From an uncultured Nitrososphaerota archaeon (GTDB lineage Archaea; Thermoproteota; EX4484-205; JAAOZO01), in assembly GCA_964408285.1 (NCBI GenBank), contig CAYOYV010000025.1, positions 1-10,457 of the forward strand: a stretch of DNA of 10,457 nucleotides, given 5' to 3'. The translations under genes and the position numbers were made by a program. The notes under the pieces are model-generated. The model made no database searches and had not been told where the DNA came from. It was given only the letters and a program-made list of their open reading frames with translations. Position 1 is the stretch's first letter; every line of letters starts with the position of its first letter. This document shows positions 1 to 7,080 of the stretch, one piece after another.

Positions 1-3000
1 GTCAAGATCTCAATCGAAGGCTTGGACAAGGCTTCTGGTCAATGGGTGTCATCCAATCTCAAGGGATGGAAGGAGAACAACTGGGTAGATTTCAGACTGC
101 TATTCGAACAGATCCCCTCTGGGTCACAGACGTATTCCGTAGATGTGTATCACGACAACAGAAGAGATACTGTAATAGGTTTCGATCAAGCTCATGACTT
201 CTATATCAAAGACGGATTCACAGGTGGTGCCGTGCAACCGGGAGGATCATGGTCAGGCTCTGGCTATTCCTTGAGCGTGTCCTCTGCCAAATATCAGACA
301 CAGGGACAGGAGACCAAGATCTACTACACTGTCAACGTCACTTTCCCGAGCGGCCATCCGAGTCTGATTTATGTCTATTGGCAAGCTCACGTGGCCATTG
401 GTGCCTCAGCCTGGCCCGGCTCAAGCCTTCAAAGCAGCAGTTCGCCTGGCCAAGGGCATCCTTCCATAATGGCAAATGACCTGACTCCCACCGGAATAAT
501 AAGGGGGTATAAGTGGAACGATGATGATGGCGACGGATCATGGGATCAAGGAGAATCAGGTCTCGGCGGATGGACAATAGCACTATCTGGTCCAGTTTCT
601 CTGACGGCAACAACATCCAGCAATGGTTCCTATGCATTCACAACGCTTCCCGATGGAATCTATTCGGTTAGCGAGACGTGTCAGTCGGGATGGACTCAGA
701 CACATCCACCCTCGGTCAGCTATACAATCACTATTGATGGCGGGAACGAGCATACTGCCAAGAATTTCGGAAATCGGATAAGGAAATACACACTGACAAT
801 CAACGCGTCCCCGACAGAAGCCCTTGGTAGAGCATTTTACATTACATGGATTCAGGACGGCGTGCCTAGAGCGGGGACCTTCTCCACTGTTGCGACTTTC
901 CCAGCCGATGAAGGCACAACTGCGACGGTCAGCAGCCCTCAGTCGCCAATAGACGGAGGGCAGTCCAGATATGTGTTCCAGAGCTATTCTCCTTCAAGCA
1001 GCGTAATAATGGATGCAGACAAAGCAATCACACTGGTCTATGTGAAGCAACATCAGGTGACATTCTCCCAAACCGGTCTGGATGATTCTGCCGCAGGAAC
1101 AGTTGTCACTGTGAACGGGGTGCCTTTGGCATACGCTGGACTGCCCTATATCATATGGGTCAACAGCGGCGATTCTGTCACCTATCTGTATCAGTCGACT
1201 GTACCGAGCTCAGTCTCAGGAAAGAGATTCATGCTGACAGGTAGAACTGGCCCAGACTCTCCAATAGTAGTAACTGAGCCTATCTTCATGACGGGGAACT
1301 ACAGAATCCAGCACAGCGTGATATTCGCACAATATGGAGTCGCCGGAGATCTCCTTGATGCCGTGGTCGCTATCGATGGTGTGGATTATGATGTAGGGGG
1401 CCTTCCGGTCTGGTTCTGGTGGGATGAAGATTCCACTCACAGCTTCTCTTTCCAATCCCCTCTCGCAGTCGATTCGGGCAAACGATATCTCTGGACATCG
1501 TCCACTGGACTTTCAACTCTTCAGTCCGATGTAATAACGATCACTGGAACGGGAGGAGTCTCAGCCTATTATCAGATTTACCATTACCTGGATCTGGACA
1601 CAAATCCCTATGGGATTGGGGCCCCATCAGGTGAGGGCTGGTATCCGGCCGATACGTTCGTGCCGATATCAGCTGACGGACTAATCAATACAGGTTCTGG
1701 AACGAGATATGTCTTCAATGAATGGACAACGCTGGACATCGATGAGATCCTGAATCCGTCATCTGTCTCAACTGTCGTCTTCCTCGACAAGGCGAAGACG
1801 GTTACTGCGAATTATGGTACTCAATTTGAGGTCGTATTCTCTCAGGAGGGCTCCGCTGTGTCTCCAACAGTCACGTACAGCATTGATTCTGGACCAACGC
1901 AGTCCGGAGCCGCTCCCTTCACCCTTTGGATTGAGCCGGGCCGAAGCATATCGTATCTCTATGAGAGTGTTGTCCCTGGACCCGCGGACACTAGATATTG
2001 TCTAGTCGGGGTAAGTCCGCCATCCTCCCAGGCAATATATGGGCCACTGGGCATTGTCGGCACATACGGGACCCAATATCAGGTTGCTTTTGCCCAGTCT
2101 GGTCTGGACCCGTCTGCATCCGGGACAGTCCTGACCGTCAATTCGAATGACAAGGAATATGATGACCTCCCCTATTCGATCTGGGTTGATTCTGGATCCT
2201 CCATCACGTACATATTCTCCTCGATGGTGACAAGCACGAGTTCAGGAAAGAGATTCGTGCTCAAGGATATCGTGGGTCCAGCTTCGCCAATTACTGTCGA
2301 CGGACCGACTCTCATAGCAGGAAACTACAAGATCCAGCATTTTCTGACGGTAACATCGCTTCATGATGCGCCAAGCCCTGACAGTGATTGGTTCGATGAC
2401 GGTGCACTCATAACAGCATTTGTGACAAGCCCGGCAGACGACGATGGCGAGGGAGCCAGATTCTCGTGTACTGGATGGAGTGGCACTGGGAGTGTGCCTG
2501 CCTCAGGTACGGGAGAATCCGTGACATTCACGATTAGCGGTGCGTCCAGCATCACCTGGGACTGGATTCTGCAATATCGGGTTACATTCGCAACAAGCCC
2601 TGAAGGAGGTGGGACTACAGCTCCATCGGGCGATATCTGGTATGATGCAGGGTCCACAATCGATATAGCAGCCACTGCAAACGTCGGATACCTCTTCACA
2701 AATTGGGGAACGAATACACTATCCATAACAATCGAGGATTCATCCATGGCTTCGACGAAGGCGACGATAGCGGGAACGGGCATCATAACTGCCTATTTTT
2801 CTGCATCCATTGTCCCTATCACGATAGCATCCAGCCCCGCGGCCGGATTCGAGTTCGTCAGGGTCGATGGCACAGTATACGTTACGCCAGTCACCTTCGA
2901 TTGGCCTGTTGCGTCAGCGCACACAATAGAGGCACTGTCCCCCGTTTATGGCCCACCGGGCATACGTTACATCTGGGTGGACTGGAGCAATGGCCAACCC

Positions 3001-6000
3001 CAATCGCACGTCTATGTCGTCCCTGTTTTTCCTGAAACTATCACTGCGAACTATAGGGTGCAGTATTCCCTGGAAGTCGTTTCACCATACGATTCTCCCG
3101 GGGGCAGTGGATGGTACGATGCTGATTCCACGGCCTACGCAACATTGGCGACAGGCAAGATCGATCAAGGAAATAATACTCGTCGATTGTTCATTGGATG
3201 GACTGGAGACGCATCTGGAACAGATCTCACAAGCAATCCAGTGACAATGAACGGACCGAAGACAGCAATCGCGCTCTGGAAGACGCAATATCGTCTGTCG
3301 TTTGCTCAGGCTGGACTCGACAGCTCAGCGATGGAAATCATTGTCAACGTTCTTGGAGTCGGAAGGTCCTTTGTAGACCTTCCCTGGGAAGGATGGTTCG
3401 ATAGGGGCTCAGTTGTCAACTACGAGTACACGGCCGTGATTCCGAGTAGTTCTCCAAGTAAGAGATTCAGACTTGCGGAAGTGAACGGGCCGACATCGCC
3501 TATCACGGTGAGCGAAGATGCGATAGTCACAGGCGTCTACGTTTCCCAATTTAGGGTTTCTATCCAATGGGATGGACTAGGTGCCGATGCTACCGGGAAA
3601 ATCGTTACCGTAGTTGTCGGAGGAACACCATACGCGAAGGATTCTGGGGACTCTTTCTTCGACATCTTCGTTGACATCGGGGTAACCCTGAGCTACTCAT
3701 ACGAAAGTGAAGTATCAAGCACCGTTCCAGGAAACAGATACGGACTTCGATCGGTCACGGGAACATCGTCGGAAAGAGCGTATGACTTCGGCCCCATCTC
3801 AGGACCTATTTCAGAAGTCGGCACATATGGGATAGGATATAAGATCTCATTCGATCAGGTTGGAATCGGCTCCGATTTCGCTGGCATAGTCCTAGTGGTG
3901 GACGGCAGCGGATACTACTCGGGCGATCTCCCGAAGGACTTCTGGTGGGATGCGAATAGCGTTCATACCTACGCATTCCAGTCTCCCTTGGCGGTAGATG
4001 GCGACACAAGATACACTTGGACGAACACGGATGGTCTTGCGACTGCCCAATCTGATACAATCACCACGACTGCCTCTGGAGCCATCGTGGGACACTATAC
4101 GATTGAGTATTCTGTGTCATTCACTCGATCTGGTTCTGGGAGAGCCCCGAGAGTGAATTATGCAGTTGATGGCGGACCGGAGCAGACAGACTTCGCTCCG
4201 TTCTATATCTGGGTTGGATATGGTCACCAGATCTCGTTTACCTATGAGGATATTGTGGACGGGCCAACTGGAACTCGGTATGTTCTCGTCCAAGTGAGTC
4301 CGCTTTCACCTAAGACGATTACAGATTCCCTTGCAGTCATTGGAACCTACAAGACTCAGCATTATCTGACAGTCTATTCGGATCATGACTCTCCCTCTCC
4401 TCATAGCGATTGGTATGATGAAGGGACGATTATTCTCGCCTCCGTCAATACTCCTGCTGACGAATCAGGTGGATCAAGATTCAGATGCACTGGATGGATT
4501 GGAACTGGAGACGTACCTCCGGCTGGATCCGGATCCGAAGTCTCGTTCAACATTGCGGGCCCCTCCAGCATAACTTGGACATGGATAGAGCAGTACGAGC
4601 TAACCTTGGCAACTGATCCTCTTGGAGTTGATTCACCTTCTGGGGCCGGTTGGTACGATGCCATGGCCAGTGCAGTCATATCGACGGACGAATCCATCGA
4701 TATTGTCGTCGGTTTCTCCAGGTACCGATTTGGCGCTTGGTCAACTGACCATATGGATGAGATAGCAGATCCTTCGTCTCCGTCGACAATGGTAACTATG
4801 GATGAGCCCAAGAGGGTGACTGCAAGCTACAGAATACAGCACAAGATTACTTTCTCCCAATCGGGAGTCGGGCCTGACTTCACAGGGGTCATCCTCATGG
4901 TAGATGGCACCAATTATGGACCCGGTGCGCTACCTGCTAGTCTGTGGTGGTATGAAGGTGAGGTGCATGACTTCGAGTTCATGACACCTCTGCCGGCCGT
5001 GTCTGAAGCAAAGCGATATGTCTGGTCAAGCACAAGCGGGCTATCAATGGCGAGGCATGGTTCCATTTCTGTAGCTCGATATGGCAGTGTTTCCGCGGAT
5101 TATGGAACGCAGTTCTATCTTACCGTGATTTCCCCCTATGATACTCCGAGTGGAACGGGATGGTATAACGAAGGAGACTCGGCCTATGCTGCTCTCAGCA
5201 CTGGAAGTGTGGTCGAAGGAGGGATGAGATATTCATTTGTCGGATGGTCTGGGGACGCGTCTGGCGCAGGCCTCAGAAGTGATCCGATCGTCATGGATGC
5301 CCCGAAGAGGGCCATCGCGAGCTGGATAGTGGATTATTACATTGTAACCTTCGACAAGAGCCCAAGACAAGGAAGAATCGTGATCGATGGTTCTGAGTAC
5401 TATGCCCTTCCAGTGGTCCTCGAATGGACACCGGGTTCTTCCCATGAGGTTCAGATTCCAGCTGAAGAATCAGGAGGCGAAGGCATCAGGTATGTGTTTC
5501 GAAACTGGTCAGACGAGTCTACACTGACAGACAGAACCATCACAGCAGATGTGCCCGGCATGATCTATGTGGCCCGCTACGATCTCGAATATAGGCTGGC
5601 TATCTACTCTGATTATGGAGTTACATCTGGAAGTGGCTGGTACAAACCAGGCACGGAAGTTGCCATCTCCGTCACACCCGTATCCCTGAGAGACAAGGAA
5701 AGCGGCGTCGATTTCTCATTCAAAGGATGGGTTGGCTCTGGAACAGGTCAGCACTACACTGGGCCGACAAATCCTGCGGGGGTCGTTATGACAGGCGCCA
5801 TCGAGGAATATGCCCAATGGGAAGCGAGCATGTACTATCTCGAGGTCGTAAGTCCATATGGTGATCCATACGGAAGCGGCTGGTACTCCCCGCATTCGAA
5901 AGCTAGGTTCGGAGTCAGCACGCCTGTGGATCAGGGCAACGATACTCTCAGAGTCTTCCTGAGATGGACAGGAGATCTGCAGGCTCATCAACCAGAAGCT

Positions 6001-6972
6001 GAGATAGTGATTACTAGACCCATGAGGGTCGTTGCCTCATGGCAGACTCAATACCTTGTTACGTTCAACACTATGCTCCCCAACAGAGTTGTTCTCCAGA
6101 TCCTCGGAATCCCGGAGACACTCCCACAGGGCGGAGAAATGTTCGGGATGTATTACCCGGACGGAACCTTAATAACTGCTGGCCCGGCGCCGGCTGCTGT
6201 CGAGGGAGCCCAAGGCACAAGATATGTTTTCACGGGATGGTCCATAGATCTCAAACGATTCACTGCGGAACCTTCTTTTTCGCTTAAGGTAGATCGTCCT
6301 CATCGTCTCGGAATAATCTACAGCACTGAGCACATTCTTACCATCAAGGCCATAGGTGTTGGTGAGCCCTTCTACGCTTCTGTCATCATCCTTGCGCAAT
6401 CCACAAAGGTCCGGCTCATTGGCTCTATGTCCCCAGTGCAAGAATGGTTCAGGGAGGGCACGATGGTAAGATTGACCATTTCAACTCCGAACAGCATCGG
6501 AGGAGGACAATGGGCGATATTCAAACAATGGTCCGAGGCAGCTCAAGGAACCCAAGTAACGGTGTCAGTGCCCATCTCGGCACCGACATCTATCGCTGCA
6601 ATATTCTTTGTGGTCAATCCCGTTGCACAATCTCTACCTTTCTCTATCCTGGCTGGTGCGATATCAGTTCTAGTTTCTCATCTCCTGGCCGACAGATTGA
6701 AATCACAAGCACGCGGCAGATCTACGCCGGTGATGCTCGGAATCGGGGTGGCTTCTGTCGCTCTAGGCGTCGCAACCTTGGCGAGCACAACCATTGCTTC
6801 TCAATATCAGATAGACCATGGACAGCTCGTCGACCTATCGAACTGGGCTGTCTTGTTCACTGGAGCAGAGGCAATGGCCTTCCTGATTGGCACGACAGCT
6901 CTTGCGTGGAGACCTTTGGTGACATGGAAGCCAGAGATACCCCCTATCCAAACCAATCCGTATGGGATTTAG
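1..6972 (+). CDS. Giant membrane-anchored cell-surface repeat protein (putative adhesin), 5'-truncated, at least 2323 aa
   Basis: The frame is open from base 1 (GTC AAG ATC TCA ATC GAA GGC TTG = VKISIEGL), so the TTG at 22 is probably internal, and no signal peptide is visible. The protein is S/T/G/V/Y/W-rich and beta-type, with an SdrD B-like domain, about 23 repeat modules and three C-terminal hydrophobic helices. Stop TAG at 6970-6972. Confidence 0.93.
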   Translation, partial: VKISIEGLDKASGQWVSSNLKGWKENNWVDFRLLFEQIPSGSQTYSVDVYHDNRRDTVIGFDQAHDFYIKDGFTGGAVQPGGSWSGSGYSLSVSSAKYQTQGQETKIYYTVNVTFPSGHPSLIYVYWQAHVAIGASAWPGSSLQSSSSPGQGHPSIMANDLTPTGIIRGYKWNDDDGDGSWDQGESGLGGWTIALSGPVSLTATTSSNGSYAFTTLPDGIYSVSETCQSGWTQTHPPSVSYTITIDGGNEHTAKNFGNRIRKYTLTINASPTEALGRAFYITWIQDGVPRAGTFSTVATFPADEGTTATVSSPQSPIDGGQSRYVFQSYSPSSSVIMDADKAITLVYVKQHQVTFSQTGLDDSAAGTVVTVNGVPLAYAGLPYIIWVNSGDSVTYLYQSTVPSSVSGKRFMLTGRTGPDSPIVVTEPIFMTGNYRIQHSVIFAQYGVAGDLLDAVVAIDGVDYDVGGLPVWFWWDEDSTHSFSFQSPLAVDSGKRYLWTSSTGLSTLQSDVITITGTGGVSAYYQIYHYLDLDTNPYGIGAPSGEGWYPADTFVPISADGLINTGSGTRYVFNEWTTLDIDEILNPSSVSTVVFLDKAKTVTANYGTQFEVVFSQEGSAVSPTVTYSIDSGPTQSGAAPFTLWIEPGRSISYLYESVVPGPADTRYCLVGVSPPSSQAIYGPLGIVGTYGTQYQVAFAQSGLDPSASGTVLTVNSNDKEYDDLPYSIWVDSGSSITYIFSSMVTSTSSGKRFVLKDIVGPASPITVDGPTLIAGNYKIQHFLTVTSLHDAPSPDSDWFDDGALITAFVTSPADDDGEGARFSCTGWSGTGSVPASGTGESVTFTISGASSITWDWILQYRVTFATSPEGGGTTAPSGDIWYDAGSTIDIAATANVGYLFTNWGTNTLSITIEDSSMASTKATIAGTGIITAYFSASIVPITIASSPAAGFEFVRVDGTVYVTPVTFDWPVASAHTIEALSPVYGPPGIRYIWVDWSNGQPQSHVYVVPVFPETITANYRVQYSLEVVSPYDSPGGSGWYDADSTAYATLATGKIDQGNNTRRLFIGWTGDASGTDLTSNPVTMNGPKTAIALWKTQYRLSFAQAGLDSSAMEIIVNVLGVGRSFVDLPWEGWFDRGSVVNYEYTAVIPSSSPSKRFRLAEVNGPTSPITVSEDAIVTGVYVSQFRVSIQWDGLGADATGKIVTVVVGGTPYAKDSGDSFFDIFVDIGVTLSYSYESEVSSTVPGNRYGLRSVTGTSSERAYDFGPISGPISEVGTYGIGYKISFDQVGIGSDFAGIVLVVDGSGYYSGDLPKDFWWDANSVHTYAFQSPLAVDGDTRYTWTNTDGLATAQSDTITTTASGAIVGHYTIEYSVSFTRSGSGRAPRVNYAVDGGPEQTDFAPFYIWVGYGHQISFTYEDIVDGPTGTRYVLVQVSPLSPKTITDSLAVIGTYKTQHYLTVYSDHDSPSPHSDWYDEGTIILASVNTPADESGGSRFRCTGWIGTGDVPPAGSGSEVSFNIAGPSSITWTWIEQYELTLATDPLGVDSPSGAGWYDAMASAVISTDESIDIVVGFSRYRFGAWSTDHMDEIADPSSPSTMVTMDEPKRVTASYRIQHKITFSQSGVGPDFTGVILMVDGTNYGPGALPASLWWYEGEVHDFEFMTPLPAVSEAKRYVWSSTSGLSMARHGSISVARYGSVSADYGTQFYLTVISPYDTPSGTGWYNEGDSAYAALSTGSVVEGGMRYSFVGWSGDASGAGLRSDPIVMDAPKRAIASWIVDYYIVTFDKSPRQGRIVIDGSEYYALPVVLEWTPGSSHEVQIPAEESGGEGIRYVFRNWSDESTLTDRTITADVPGMIYVARYDLEYRLAIYSDYGVTSGSGWYKPGTEVAISVTPVSLRDKESGVDFSFKGWVGSGTGQHYTGPTNPAGVVMTGAIEEYAQWEASMYYLEVVSPYGDPYGSGWYSPHSKARFGVSTPVDQGNDTLRVFLRWTGDLQAHQPEAEIVITRPMRVVASWQTQYLVTFNTMLPNRVVLQILGIPETLPQGGEMFGMYYPDGTLITAGPAPAAVEGAQGTRYVFTGWSIDLKRFTAEPSFSLKVDRPHRLGIIYSTEHILTIKAIGVGEPFYASVIILAQSTKVRLIGSMSPVQEWFREGTMVRLTISTPNSIGGGQWAIFKQWSEAAQGTQVTVSVPISAPTSIAAIFFVVNPVAQSLPFSILAGAISVLVSHLLADRLKSQARGRSTPVMLGIGVASVALGVATLASTTIASQYQIDHGQLVDLSNWAVLFTGAEAMAFLIGTTALAWRPLVTWKPEIPPIQTNPYGI
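493..774 (+). other. SdrD B-like (CnaB-related) domain with EF-hand-like Ca2+-binding loop
   Basis: GIIRGYKWNDDDGDGSWDQGESGLGGWTIAL...ATTSSNGSYAFTTLPDGIYSVSE...GW..T...NFGN matches the SdrD B pattern (G.vw.D.n.dG..d.gE.gl.g.tv.L...TT..nG.Y.F..l..G.Y.v.e...dfG). The 12-residue loop DDDGDGSWDQGE is at 520-555. Confidence 0.88.
787..6615 (+). repeat. Array of about 23 divergent 75-95 aa beta-rich protein modules (several resemble divergent InlB B-repeat / Listeria-Bacteroides-repeat-like domains)
   Basis: Modules start with (Y/H/F)-x-(L/V/I)-x-hydrophobic, contain GW(Y/F)/xW(V/W) and R(Y/F)x(F/W/L/C)xxW-like motifs, and usually end in (Y/W)xxQ. Starts by eye: 787, 1051, 1312, 1582, 1825, 2077, 2338, 2575, 2806, 3064, 3289, 3550, 3838, 4108, 4360, 4594, 4840, 5113, 5338, 5590, 5833, 6052, 6331. 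The repeat is clear at protein level and only short identities remain in the DNA. Confidence 0.85.
6631..6909 (+). other. Three predicted transmembrane helices forming the C-terminal anchor of the giant protein
   Basis: Hydrophobic segments SLPFSILAGAISVLVSHLL (6631-6687), PVMLGIGVASVALGVATLASTTIA (6727-6798) and WAVLFTGAEAMAFLIGTTALAW (6844-6909). A basic loop (DRLKSQARGRS) followed by an acidic loop (QYQIDHGQLVDLSN) fits out-in-out-in topology. Confidence 0.75.
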
Positions 6973-7054
6973 AGTCGGAGATTCCAACCGCGCTTTCGAA
7001 TCTGGCACCCTGGGCCAACCTCGGATGAATCGGAGGGTAATGCGTCTTGGCATC

Positions 7055-7080
7055 AGAGCGAATCCAATCCGGTTCGCTCT
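7055..7080. terminator. Stem-loop between convergent genes (possible terminator or 3'-end stabilising hairpin)
   Basis: AGAGCGAA-tccaatccgg-TTCGCTCT is a perfect 8-bp inverted repeat, extendable to 10 bp on the + strand with a U.G and a C-G pair. It overlaps the stop codon of the minus-strand gene. There is no U-tract, so function is uncertain. Confidence 0.4.

Noticed and set aside
22-24. TTG start of the giant ORF as given in the ORF track
   Set aside because: The frame is open to base 1 and no signal peptide follows, so the real start is probably upstream of the window.
2361-4811. Antisense ORFs 2361-2786 and 4401-4811 that resemble each other
   Set aside because: They are codon-register antisense shadows of the paralogous E modules, so their similarity follows from the sense-strand repeat.
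787-6615. Diversity-generating retroelement target or active phase variation in the repeat array
   Set aside because: No reverse transcriptase or recombinase in the window, no near-identical repeat pair differing at adenines, and no long identical DNA repeats or simple-sequence tracts were seen.
5833-6615. Apparent Arg/Lys enrichment of membrane-proximal modules as protease target zone
   Set aside because: Hand counts give about 6-7 Arg/Lys per module, similar to some middle modules (3289, 4108), so there is no clean gradient.
6444-7028. 194-aa alternative-frame ORF overlapping the end of the giant gene (possible frameshift-derived anchorless isoform)
   Set aside because: It has an R/S/C-rich off-frame composition with no recognisable motif, and I saw no convincing slippery site near its start.
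7019-7036. Second inverted repeat CCTCGGATGAATCGGAGG
   Set aside because: Short, with an internal mismatch and too small a loop; compatible with chance.
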